The notes: a model not told the origin generated them from the letters alone. A stretch of 63,999 nucleotides of DNA, filler included, from Vicugna vicugna (GCA_013265495.1; 75 parts of 72 records of this genome joined end to end with filler, not necessarily neighbours in it), one strand, 5' to 3'; positions 37,391 through 49,584 are shown, counted from the whole stretch's first letter. Program-made: numbers and translations.

Positions 37391-37431
37391 ATGGTGAACC
37401 TGGAAAAGCTGGCGAAGGCCTTCGAGTGCCT
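37391..37431 (+). CDS. HTT: Divergent huntingtin exon-1 start (MVNLEKLAKAFEC[L]), truncated by N gap; paralog or pseudogene
   Basis: ATG GTG AAC CTG GAA AAG CTG GCG AAG GCC TTC GAG TGC CT versus canonical MATLEKLMKAFESL; strong Kozak GCCGCCATGG. Confidence 0.85.
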
Positions 37432-38423
37432 NNNNNNNNNNNNNNNNNNNNNNNNNNNNNNNNNNNNNNNNNNNNNNNNNNNNNNNNNNNNNNNNNNNNN
37501 NNNNNNNNNNNNNNNNNNNNNNNNNNNNNNNNNNNNNNNNNNNNNNNNNNNNNNNNNNNNNNNNNNNNNNNNNNNNNNNNNNNNNNNNNNNNNNNNNNNN
37601 NNNNNNNNNNNNNNNNNNNNNNNNNNNNNNNNNNNNNNNNNNNNNNNNNNNNNNNNNNNNNNNNNNNNNNNNNNNNNNNNNNNNNNNNNNNNNNNNNNNN
37701 NNNNNNNNNNNNNNNNNNNNNNNNNNNNNNNNNNNNNNNNNNNNNNNNNNNNNNNNNNNNNNNNNNNNNNNNNNNNNNNNNNNNNNNNNNNNAAACAGTG
37801 TTTAACTGTCAAAACACTGTATATGCAAAATACTAGGTTAACTTAAGGGAAGGAGTAGGAGAGAAGGGGGAAAGGAGCGAAGTTCACCGGTTACTTCTGT
37901 GGGGGTGGGTTAGGTGGTCACAGCGGTGAACGCTTAACTGCTACATGGCCCCGTGCGCTTACCATCATAGTCATTACTGTTACTAACCCCAGACAGCCCT
38001 GGTATTAAGGAGGCATGACCACAGAACATGTGCTCATTGAGCTTAATTTTACACAAACAGTAAGATTTCCACGGAATCAAGACAGGNNNNNNNNNNNNNN
38101 NNNNNNNNNNNNNNNNNNNNNNNNNNNNNNNNNNNNNAGCATGGCATGATCAGAACTTTAGTTTGACTGGCTTGAAATGTAGAGGGAAAGGGAAACTTCA
38201 CACTGATGAATCAGAGAGGAGATAGCTGTTTTTTATTAAACTAAAATGATTGAATGAGCCTTGTTGATTAATGATTTACCTTAGCAATTTGAATTTGGAT
38301 TCTGCAAGTATTTTACAAGTTCTNNNNNNNNNNNNNNNNNNNNNNNNNNNNNNNNNNNNNNNNNNNNTTAATTAATTAANNNNNNNNNNNNNNNNNNNNN
38401 NNNNNNNNNNNNNNNNNNNNNNN

Positions 38424-39491
38424 TACATAATATTCCGTGTTCCGTACATACTGCATACATGACGGATTTGACAAACATGCATTCCCGAATTGACGGCATC
38501 TGGATTACTAGTCTTTCATCCTCTATAAAAGGAATATTTTCATCTAGACTCGTGTACATATTTTCACAAGCTTTCCCCAAAACCAGTTTCGAATTCGTGC
38601 TTTTTTCACAGAAAAATAGTTCTGGAGCGATTTCCACCTAACAGATATGTAATTTACATGAATTCCAACAACATGGCATTCCGGGTTCCGTACATGCTGC
38701 ATATATGACGGATTTGGCAATCATGCNNNNNNNNNNNNNNNNNNNNNNNNNNNNNNNNNNNNNNNNNNNNNNNNNNNNNNNNNNNNNNNNNNNNNNNNNN
38801 NNNNNNNNNNNNNNNNNNNNNNNNNNNNNNNNNNNNNNNNNNNNNNNNNNNNNNNNNNNNNNNNNNNNNNNNNNNNNNNNNNNNNNNNNNNNNNNNNNNN
38901 NNNNNNNNNNNNNNNNNNNNNNNNNNNNNNNNNNNNNNNNNNNNNNNNNNNNNNNNNNNNNNNNNNNNNNNNNNNNNNNNNNNNNNNNNNNNNNNNNNNN
39001 NNNNNNNNNNNNNNNNNNNNNNNNNNNNNNNNNNNNNNNNNNNNNNNNNNNNNNNNNNNNNNNNNNNNNNNNNNNNNNNNNNNNNNNNNNNNNNNNNNNN
39101 NNNNNNNNNNNNNNNNNNNNNNNNNNNNNNNNNNNNNNNNNNNNNNNNNNNNNNNNNNNNNNNNNNNNNNNNNNNNNNNNNNNNNNNNNNNNNNNNNNNN
39201 NNNNNNNNNNNNNNNNNNNNNNNNNNNNNNNNNNNNNNNNNNNNNNNNNNNNNNNNNNNNNNNNNNNNNNNNNNNNNNNNNNNNNNNNNNNNNNNNNNAC
39301 ACATTTTCACAAGCTTTTCCTAAAACCAGTTTCTAATTCGTGGTGTTTTCACAGAAAAAGAGTTCTGGAGCGATTTCAACCTAACAGATATGTAATTTAC
39401 ATGAATTCCAACAACTTGGCTTTCAGGGTTCCGTAATTGCTGCATATATGACGGATTTGGCAATCATGAGTTTCTGACTTCTGAGCATGTG
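38424..39491 (+). repeat. SatB
   Basis: SatB motifs. Confidence 0.93.
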
Positions 39492-39591
39492 NNNNNNNNN
39501 NNNNNNNNNNNNNNNNNNNNNNNNNNNNNNNNNNNTTAATTAATTAANNNNNNNNNNNNNNNNNNNNNNNNNNNNNNNNNNNNNNNNNNNN

Positions 39592-40134
39592 CACCTCCCC
39601 TCTCCCAACTAGTAACTGCTAGTTTTTTTTCTATATATGTGACTCTGTTTCAGTTCTTTTATATACATTTCTTTCTTTTATTTCTTAGCTCCCACATGTA
39701 ATTGATAACACAGAGTATTTGTTGTTCTCTGTCTGACTTATTTCACTAAGCATAATACCCTCTAGGTCCATCCACTTTGTTACGACTGGCAAGATTTCAT
39801 TCTTTTTTCATGGCTGAATAGCACTCCATTGTATTCCACATCTTCCTTATCCATTCATCTGTTGATGGACACTTAGGTTCCTTCCATATCTTGGCTATTA
39901 TAGATGATACTGTTATGAGCATTTGGCTGCATGCCTCTTTTCACATTCATGTTTCCATTTTCTTTGGCTATATACCTACACATTCATGTTTCCATTTTCT
40001 TTGGCTATATACCTGGCAGTGGAATTGTTGGACGATATGGTAGTTCTATTTTTATTGTTTTGCAGAACCTCCATATTACTTTCCATAGAGGTTGCACTTA
40101 TTTAGAATCACACAAACAGTGTGCAAGGGTTCCC
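39592..40134 (-). mobile_element. LINE-1 ORF2 C-terminus / 3' UTR fragment
   Basis: TCTGACTTATTTCACTAAGCATAATACCCTCTAGGTCCATCCA and CCATTCATCTGTTGATGGACACTTAGGTT are typical antisense L1 3' motifs. Confidence 0.9.
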
Positions 40135-40234
40135 NNNNNNNNNNNNNNNNNNNNNNNNNNNNNNNNNNNNNNNNNNNNTTAATTAATTAANNNNNNNNNN
40201 NNNNNNNNNNNNNNNNNNNNNNNNNNNNNNNNNN

Positions 40235-41021
40235 CCTAAGCTCGTCTCCCCTGAGGATTTTCCTAATGTCACTGTACCAAGGAATGCTAGGGGTGATTGC
40301 AGGATATCCAAGAGATTGAGGCTGCCTCCCCAAGGTCAGGGAAGTTATATCTCGGACTTCCCCGAACAGGGAACTCCTGTGACTGAAGAGAGCTGCGTGG
40401 AGTTGTCTCTCGAGCTCGCCCACGCACTGACAACGGTTCCGGAATCCTGAGCGTGGGGAGGATCCACCAACGGTCGTCCGCGCGTGGGTTCTTACAGAAT
40501 GCCTAAGCTCGTCTCCCCTGAGGGTTTTCCTAATGTCTCTGTGCCAGGGAATGCGAGCGGTGATTTCAGGATATCCCAGTGACCGAGGCTGTCTCCCCAA
40601 TGTCAGGGAAGGTATTTCTCGGACTTCCCCGAACAGGGAAATCCTGTGACTGAAGAGAGCTGCGTGGAGTTGTCTTTCGAGCTCCCTCACGCACTGACAA
40701 CTTTTCCGGAGTCCTGAGCGTGGGGAGGTTCCACCAACGTTCGGCAGAGCGTGGGTTCTAACGGAATGCCTATGCTCGTCTCCACTGAGTGTTTTAATAA
40801 TGTCTCTGTCCCAGGGAATGCTAGGGGTGATTGCAGGATATCCCAGTGACCGAGGCTGCCTCCTCAAGGTCAGGGAATTTATTTATCGGACTTCACCGAT
40901 CAGGGAACTCCTGTGACTGAAGAGAGCTGCGTGGAGTTGTCTCTCGAGCTCCCCCACGCACTGACAACGGTTCAATGAAGGTTCCACCAACGGTCGGAAG
41001 CGTGTGGGTGCTAACGGAATG
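40235..41021 (-). repeat. SatA
   Basis: About three reverse monomers. Confidence 0.95.
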
Positions 41022-41992
41022 NNNNNNNNNNNNNNNNNNNNNNNNNNNNNNNNNNNNNNNNNNNNTTAATTAATTAANNNNNNNNNNNNNNNNNNNNNNN
41101 NNNNNNNNNNNNNNNNNNNNNTGCAATGCTGTGTTGACCTCACGTGAATGGGCTTCCTACGGTGCTTGACAGTCCTTCAACCACGAACGAGAGACTCAGG
41201 AGAATCAAGATAGCTCCTGGAAGTCCCCAAGTTACTGCCCACCAGCATGCTGACCACCATCACATCTGCCAGGGTTAAATTCCAGAAAACAGACCAACTT
41301 CTGAAAGGCACAGGAAATGTTGACAAGGGAAGAAAAGGCTGCGGTCAGTCCTGGGACAGAGGCCCTGAGAGCAGAGGCCAGAAGGCTGCAGGTGAACTGG
41401 AGTGGCCCTGGGGCAGGAAGGGACCACGGGGAAGCAGATCTCAATTATCTTCTCTCTCTCCCTCGGGTAGGAGAGATAAANNNNNNNNNNNNNNNNNNNN
41501 NNNNNNNNNNNNNNNNNNNNNNNNNNNNNNNNNNNNNNNNNNNNNNNNNNNNNNNNNNNNNNNNNNNNNNNNNNNNNNNNNNNNNNNNNNNNNNNNNNNN
41601 NNNNNNNNNNNNNNNNNNNNNNNNNNNNNNNNNNNNNNNNNNNNNNNNNNNNNNNNNNNNNNNNNNNNNNNNNNNNNNNNNNNNNNNNNNNNNNNNNNNN
41701 NNNNNNNNNNNNNAGGCTTTGTTTATCTTTAGGGAAGTCATGTGGGGAGAGGAACAAGATACATTCTTTAGACATGTTCATTACACAGCAGACCACCAGA
41801 CCAGCCAGGTCCCTATTTTGGGGCTAATAGACTATCTAACACCACGAAGGCCCAGCGTTTATAGCTGAGGGCCTGGGTCATTGCTGTACAATNNNNNNNN
41901 NNNNNNNNNNNNNNNNNNNNNNNNNNNNNNNNNNNNTTAATTAATTAANNNNNNNNNNNNNNNNNNNNNNNNNNNNNNNNNNNNNNNNNNNN

Positions 41993-43079
41993 GCATAGGT
42001 ACTTGTTTGGTGGTTGTAACATCAGTCATGCCCATGTACTCAACTCAGAAATGCATGTTTGTTGAATCCGTGACGAATGAAACATGTTCGTAATACGGAA
42101 TGCCATGGTTATGTAAACAATGTAAATTAGCTGTGTATTGGTGAGAATTCGGTCAAAGAGTGTTTTCTGGTGCCAAATGTCCGATTTTATAACCTGGAGA
42201 TAGGAAAAACCTATGAAGTCACAGTAAATATTTCTAAGTCTATATACGCCTATTTCGGTAGATGAATGGTCATTAATCCACANNNNNNNNNNNNNNNNNN
42301 NNNNNNNNNNNNNNNNNNNNNNNNNNNNNNNNNNNNNNNNNNNNNNNNNNNNNNNNNNNNNNNNNNNNNNNNNNNNNNNNNNNNNNNNNNNNNNNNNNNN
42401 NNNNNNNNNNNNNNNNNNNNNNNNNNNNNNNNNNNNNNNNNNNNNNNNNNNNNNNNNNNNNNNNNNNNNNNNNNNNNNNNNNNNNNNNNNNNNNNNNNNN
42501 NNNNNNNNNNNNNNNNNNNNNNNNNNNNNNNNNNNNNNNNNNNNNNNNNNNNNNNNNNNNNNNNNNNNNNNNNNNNNNNNNNNNNNNNNNNNNNNNNNNN
42601 NNNNNNNNNNNNNNNNNNNNNNNNNNNNNNNNNNNNNNNNNNNNNNNNNNNNNNNNNNNNNNNNNNNNNNNNNNNNNNNNNNNNNNNNNNNNNNNNNNNN
42701 NNNNNNNNNNNNNNNNNNNNNNNNNNNNNNNNNNNNNNNNNNNNNNNNNNNNNNNNNNNNNNNNNNNNNNNNNNNNNNNNNNNNNNNNNNNNNNNNNNNN
42801 NNNNNNNNNNNNNNNNNNNNNNNNNNNNNNNNNNNNNNNNNNNNNNNNNNNNNNNNNNNNNNNNNNNNNNNNNNNNNNNNNNNNNNNNNNNNNNNNNNNN
42901 NNNNNNNNNNNNNNNNNNNNNNNNNNNNNNNNNNNNNNNNNNNNNNNNNNNNNNNNNNNNNNNNNNNNNNNNNNNNNNNNNNNNNNNNNNNNNNNNNNNN
43001 NNNNNNNNNNNNNNNNNNNNCCTTGTTCAGAGGGTGAAAGGTCAGTAATCCACATGCCCACAAGTCAGAAACACATGAT
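41993..43079 (-). repeat. SatB (gapped)
   Basis: Reverse SatB motifs. Confidence 0.9.
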
Positions 43080-43453
43080 NNNNNNNNNNNNNNNNNNNNN
43101 NNNNNNNNNNNNNNNNNNNNNNNTTAATTAATTAANNNNNNNNNNNNNNNNNNNNNNNNNNNNNNNNNNNNNNNNNNNNATAGTCCTCTTAACGTGGGGA
43201 GTTGCACTGAGCATAAGGGTAGCCCCAGCCATGACCCCAGGGTAAGAGACATTGCTCCAGAGAACGGCAGGTGCCTAGGAATCTTCCTTCTGAGTCTTGA
43301 TCTCTTGCAGTGGTTAATCAGACATCCTGAGATACTCTGGAATAAGTGAATGCTCATTGAAAATGGCTTTTGAAAATCCCTTGAATCTTTATCCCTGAAA
43401 CCTACAAAGAGTAAGAATTCAGATTCCTACTAGCCTCAATGTACTTACATTAA

Positions 43454-43483
43454 AAACAAACAAACAAACAAACAAACAAACAA
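43454..43483. repeat. (AAAC)n microsatellite
   Basis: About 7 copies at a gap edge. Confidence 0.9.
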
Positions 43484-43719
43484 NNNNNNNNNNNNNNNNN
43501 NNNNNNNNNNNNNNNNNNNNNNNNNNAAAAAAAATCTAAATACTGATGGACCAGTTTGGGAGTATCAGGCAAAGAACAGAATTACGTTGAGCAATACCTC
43601 AGAAGAGTCTGCTAATTATAAACCAAGAGGTTAAATGATTTGTCCAAAGCCACATGGCAACGGTGACTAAAAACTTCCTGAAAGTAATTTTCCTTTTATA
43701 ATGGAATGAAGGAACCCAT

Positions 43720-43945
43720 CATTATATTTTCTAGGTCAAGGTTCTTGTCGTGTAGTTTCACAGAGTCTTCACATTTTTTCTTTAATTTTATTCATGTCTT
43801 TTTCATTCAGCAGCTTAGCTGAAGAAGCATCTTGCTCCAGTTGTAAACGTCAGATCATTAGATCTAGGCTAGCTCTATCAAGATCCATGTTCAAAAGGCA
43901 TCTACTCAGTAAGTACATGAGGGCAGCTGCACAAAGGGAAGTATT
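43720..43945 (-). pseudogene. WAPL: Unprocessed WAPL pseudogene exon (226 bp)
   Basis: Minus strand [72 protein letters not shown] matches recalled WAPL. TGA stops at 43850-43852 and 43769-43771, a 2-bp frameshift, a poly-T...AG acceptor upstream and no GT at the expected donor. Confidence 0.92.
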
Positions 43946-44115
43946 CTTCAATGGACAAAAAAAAAAACACTCAGCAATTATTGGTAATTTCAGGAGATAT
44001 GATCATTTTGAAATTNNNNNNNNNNNNNNNNNNNNNNNNNNNNNNNNNNNNNNNNNNNNTTAATTAATTAANNNNNNNNNNNNNNNNNNNNNNNNNNNNN
44101 NNNNNNNNNNNNNNN

Positions 44116-44854
44116 CACATGCTCTCATCTCAGGAATGCATGTTTGTCGAATCCGTCATTTATGCAGCATGTTCCGACCACCGAATATCATGTAGATGGA
44201 ATCTTTTCAAATTATATCTCTCTAGGGTAGAATTCACTCCAAGAGGGTTTTTCTGGAATCAAAGTGTGATTCTTGAAACTGGTGATAGGAAGAAGCTACG
44301 AAGTCAAATTAAATATTTCAATGTGCATATGTAACTNNNNNNNNNNNNNNNNNNNNNNNNNNNNNNNNNNNNNNNNNNNNNNNNNNNNNNNNNNNNNNNN
44401 NNNNNNNNNNNNNNNNNNNNNNNNNNNNNNNNNNNNNNNNNNNNNNNNNNNNNNNNNNNNNNNNNNNNNNNNNNNNNNNNNNNNNNNNNNNNNNNNNNNN
44501 NNNNNNNNNNNNNNNNNNNNNNNNNNNNNNNNNNNNNNNNNNNNNNNNNNNNNNNNNNNNNNNNNNNNNNNNNNNNNNNNNNNNNNNNNNNNNNNNNNNN
44601 NNNNNNNNNNNNNNNNNNNNNNNNNNNNNNNNNNNNNNNNNNNCCAAATCTGTCATGCATGTAGCATGTACGAAACCGGGAATGCCATGTTGATGGAATA
44701 CATGAAAATTACATATCTATTAGGTGGAAATCGCTTCATAAGTATTTTTCAATGAAAAATGCACAAATTCGAAACTGGTGTTAAGGGAAGCTTGTGAAAA
44801 TGATTACAAGTGTCTAGATGAAACTGTTCCTTTTATAGAGGATGAAAGATCAGT
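44116..44854 (-). repeat. SatB
   Basis: Reverse SatB motifs. Confidence 0.92.
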
Positions 44855-44954
44855 NNNNNNNNNNNNNNNNNNNNNNNNNNNNNNNNNNNNNNNNNNNNTT
44901 AATTAATTAANNNNNNNNNNNNNNNNNNNNNNNNNNNNNNNNNNNNNNNNNNNN

Positions 44955-46391
44955 ATAAAATATAGAATAAAGAATATAGAATCCATAATTTAAAACACGA
45001 AATGCAGAACACAGTATTAAGAAAGTAGAATACAGAATACGGAATATAGAATTTAGAATAAAGAATGAAGAACACAGAATTTAGAATATAGAATATCGAA
45101 TACTGAATATATAATTGAGAATAAAGAATTTAGAACACAGAATATAAAATATAGAATAGAGAAAATAGAACACAGAATACAGAACATGGAATGCAGAACA
45201 CACAATTTAGAAAATAGAAAACAGAATATTGAATATAGAATTTACAGTATAGAATGTAGAACACAGAAAATAGAATATAGNNNNNNNNNNNNNNNNNNNN
45301 NNNNNNNNNNNNNNNNNNNNNNNNNNNNNNNNNNNNNNNNNNNNNNNNNNNNNNNNNNNNNNNNNNNNNNNNNNNNNNNNNNNNNNNNNNNNNNNNNNNN
45401 NNNNNNNNNNNNNNNNNNNNNNNNNNNNNNNNNNNNNNNNNNNNNNNNNNNNNNNNNNNNNNNNNNNNNNNNNNNNNNNNNNNNNNNNNNNNNNNNNNNN
45501 NNNNNGAATACAGAATACAGAAACCAGAATTTAGAACATGGAATGCAGAACACAGAATTTAGAATATAGAATACAGAATACTGAATATAGATTTAGAACA
45601 TGGAATGAAGAACACAGAATTTAGAATATAGAATACAATATACTGCATGTATAATTTATAACATGGAATGCATAACACAGAATTTCGAATATAGAATACA
45701 GAATAAAGAAAATAGAATTTCGAAAATACAATGAAAACACAGAATATAGAATATAGAATAAAGAAAATAGAACACAGAATTTAGAACATGGAATGCAGAA
45801 CACAGAATTTAGAGTATATANNNNNNNNNNNNNNNNNNNNNNNNNNNNNNNNNNNNNNNNNNNNNNNNNNNNNNNNNNNNNNNNNNNNNNNNNNNNNNNN
45901 NNNNNNNNNNNNNNNNNNNNNNNNNNNNNNNNNNNNNNNNNNNNNNNNNNNNNNNNNNNNNNNNNNNNNNNNNNNNNNNNNNNNNNNNNNNNNNNNNNNN
46001 NNNNNNNNNNNNNNNNNNNNNNNNNNNNNNNNNNNNNNNNNNNNNNNNNNNNNNNNNNNNNNNNNNNNNNNNNNNNNNNNNNNNNNNNNNNNNNNNNNNN
46101 NNNNNNNNNNNNNNNNNNNNNNNNNNNNNNNNNNNNNNNNNNNNNNNNNNNNNNNNNNNNNNNNNNNNNNNNNNNNNNNNNNNNNNNNNNNNNNNNNNNN
46201 NNNNNNNNNNNNNNNNNNNNNNNNNNTGTAGAACACATAGAATATAGAATACGGTATGCAGAATAAACAATGTAGAATATATAATGAAGAAGGGAAAATT
46301 TAGAATATAGAACAGAGTATATAGAACCCAGAAATTAAACATGGAGTGTAGAACACATAATTAAGACTATAGAATACAGAATACTGAAAAT
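44955..46391 (-). repeat. SatC (gapped)
   Basis: nnnnGAA heptamers. Confidence 0.95.
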
Positions 46392-47059
46392 NNNNNNNNN
46401 NNNNNNNNNNNNNNNNNNNNNNNNNNNNNNNNNNNTTAATTAATTAANNNNNNNNNNNNNNNNNNNNNNNNNNNNNNNNNNNNNNNNNNNNTGATTAATG
46501 CTGGGTGTCTTTTTATAGGTCATTTATTAAAAAAAACTAGGGGTTCTCTAAAGAGAATTTATTTAGTATGCCTAGAATATGATTCAGTTAAAAATGATTT
46601 TCCTTTAAATACTTTTCATAAATTTTCTGTGATATTTTTCTTGAATAGTAGTTGAAGATTTCTGAGGAGGTTTTACATTTAGAAAAGTTTATTCTTGTAG
46701 CAATTGACACATTAAATAAATGATTCATAACATGGACAGCATAAAGCCCTGTTTTTTTTTTTTAATATATATAATTTTGGTGGTTAGTTCTATGACATTT
46801 TATTGGGTAGAAATATCTCCCATTTCCATTTTACAGGCAGAGAAGATGAGTCATATGTTACTCAGTATACAAGAGCAGCAGAGTCTGATTAATTTGGGCA
46901 GAAGAGTAAAAGGCTGTGGAGAAAAAAATCCTTGATTCTCAAACTGGACACATTCTGCANNNNNNNNNNNNNNNNNNNNNNNNNNNNNNNNNNNNNNNNN
47001 NNNTTAATTAATTAANNNNNNNNNNNNNNNNNNNNNNNNNNNNNNNNNNNNNNNNNNNN

Positions 47060-48238
47060 TCGTGCATTTTTCACAGAAAAATTGTTCTGGAGCGATTTCA
47101 ACCTTACAGATGTGTAATTTACATGAATACCAACAACATGGCATTACGGGTTCCGTACATGCTAAATGTATGACGGATTCGGCAATCATACATTTCTGGC
47201 TTGTGTGCATGTGGATTACTGACCTTTCATCCACCAAACAAGGCGTATATAGGCTTATAAATATTTACACGGACTTCATAGTTTTTGCTATCACCAGGTT
47301 CTAAAATCGGACATTTGGCACCAGAAAACACTCTTTGAGCGAAATCTCACAAATACGCATGTAATTTGCATTGTTTACATAACCATGACATTCCGTATTA
47401 CGAACATGTTTCATGCATCACGGATTCCTCAAACATGCATTTCTGAGTTGTGAATATGCGCCTGACTGAAGTTTCAACCACCAAACAAGTTACAAATGCA
47501 CTTGAAATATTTACTTTGACTTCGTAACTTCTTCCTATCACCACTTTCAAGAATCACACTTTGGTCCCAAAAAAACCCTCTTGGAGCGAATTCCAACCTA
47601 GAGATATGTAATTTGAATAGATTCCATCTACATGATATTCCGTGTTCATTACATGCTTCATACATGACGGATTTGACAAACATGCATTCCTGAGTTGAGA
47701 GCATGTGGATTAATAATCTTTCATCCTCTATAAAAGGAATATTATCATCTAGACTCGTGTACACATTTTCACAAGCTTTCCCTAAAACCAGGTTCGAATT
47801 CGTGCTTTTTTCACAGAAAAATATTTCTGGAGCGATTTCAAACTAACAGATATGTAATTTACATGAATTCCAACAACATGGCATTCCGGGTTCCATACAT
47901 GCTACATGTATGACGGATTNNNNNNNNNNNNNNNNNNNNNNNNNNNNNNNNNNNNNNNNNNNNNNNNNNNNNNNNNNNNNNNNNNNNNNNNNNNNNNNNN
48001 NNNNNNNNNNNNNNNNNNNNNNNNNNNNNNNNNNNNNNNNNNNNNNNNNNNNNNNNNNNNNNNNNNNNNNNNNNNNNNNNNNNNNNNNNNNNNNNNNNNN
48101 NNNNNNNNNNNNNNNNNNNNNNNNNNNNNNNNNNNNNNNNNNNNNNNNNNNNNNNNNNNNNNNNNNNNNNNNNNNNNNNNNNNNTATCTGAGATGTGAAC
48201 ATGCGCATGACTGATATTTCAAACACGAAACAAGTTAC
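47060..48238 (+). repeat. SatB reference copy showing the full 740-bp unit
   Basis: TCGTGC.TTTTTCACAGAAAA at 47060 and 47800 (740 bp); homologous subunit anchors at 47187, 47434 and 47681 (247 bp). Confidence 0.95.
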
Positions 48239-48338
48239 NNNNNNNNNNNNNNNNNNNNNNNNNNNNNNNNNNNNNNNNNNNNTTAATTAATTAANNNNNN
48301 NNNNNNNNNNNNNNNNNNNNNNNNNNNNNNNNNNNNNN

Positions 48339-48868
48339 TTATTTCTCGGACTTCCCCGAACAAGGAACACCTGTGACTTAAGATAGCTGCGTGGACTTGT
48401 TTCTTGAGCTCCCCCACGCACTGACAAATGTTCCGGAATCCTGAGCGTGGGGAGGTACCACCAACGGTCGGCAGCGCGTGGGTTCTAACGGGATGCCTGA
48501 GCTCGTCTCCCCTGAGGGTTTTCCTAATTTCTCTGTGCCATGGAATGCTAGGGGCGGTTTGCAGGATATCCCAGTGATAGAACCAAGGTCAGGGAATATA
48601 TTTCTCGGACTTCCCTGAACAGGGAACACCTGTGACTGAAGAGAGCTGCGTGGAGTTGTCTTTTGAGTTCCCAAACGCAATGACAATGGTTCCGGACCTG
48701 AGCGTGGGGAGGTTCCACCAACGGTCGGCAGGGCCTGTGAACAAACGGGATGATTGAGCTCGTCTCCGCTGATTTTTTTCTTATGTCTCTATGCCAGGGA
48801 ATGCTAGGGGGCGTTTGAAGGAAATCCCAGTGACATACGCTGCCTCACCAAGGTCAGGGAATGTATTT
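48339..48868 (-). repeat. SatA
   Basis: Reverse SatA monomers. Confidence 0.93.
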
Positions 48869-48968
48869 NNNNNNNNNNNNNNNNNNNNNNNNNNNNNNNN
48901 NNNNNNNNNNNNTTAATTAATTAANNNNNNNNNNNNNNNNNNNNNNNNNNNNNNNNNNNNNNNNNNNN

Positions 48969-49484
48969 AGAACCCAGAATATACAATATAGAATACGGGA
49001 TACTGAATATAGAGTTTAGAATATAGAATTTAGATCACAGAATATAGAATATAGAGTATAGGGTATAGAATCCAGAATTTAGAACATGGAATGCAGAACA
49101 CAGAATTTAGAATATAGAATACAGAATACTGAATATAGAATTTCGAATAGACAATGATGTACTCAGAACATAGTATATAGAAAACAGAATACTGAATATA
49201 GAATTTAGAATATAGAATTTAGAACACCCAGAATAGAGAATACAGAATAGAGAATATAGAACCCAGAATATAGAACATGGAATGCAGAACACAGAATTTA
49301 GAATATAGAATACAGAATACTGAATATAGAATTTAGATTATAGAATGTAGTACACGGAATATAGAATGTACAATACGGAATGCAAAATATAGAATTCAGA
49401 ATATAGAAAGAAGAACACAGAATGTAGAATATGGAAAACAGAATACAGAAACGAAAATTTAGAACATGGAATGCACAACACAGA
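48969..49484 (-). repeat. SatC
   Basis: Heptamers; the AGAACATGGAATGCA block recurs at about 190 bp. Confidence 0.95.
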
Positions 49485-49584
49485 NNNNNNNNNNNNNNNN
49501 NNNNNNNNNNNNNNNNNNNNNNNNNNNNTTAATTAATTAANNNNNNNNNNNNNNNNNNNNNNNNNNNNNNNNNNNNNNNNNNNN

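Noticed and set aside
37159..37836. 225-aa GC-rich ORF over the HTT-like region
   Set aside because: It has a non-ATG start, reads the promoter and UTR out of the HTT frame, and runs into N.
41317..41395. MLTREEKAAV resembling the ruminant beta-globin N-terminus (MLTAEEKAAV)
   Set aside because: Similarity collapses after 10 codons. There is no WGKV..DEVGG, globin 5' UTR, TATA/CCAAT arrangement or exon 2, and the ORF-track start is a TTG although an ATG lies just upstream. Probably chance; BLASTN would settle it.
43794..44063. 89-aa plus-strand ORF
   Set aside because: It is the antisense shadow of the WAPL pseudo-exon.
44955..46391. GAA-rich SatC as a heat-shock element array
   Set aside because: The GAA units are direct repeats at 7-bp spacing, not alternating inverted nGAAn pentamers.
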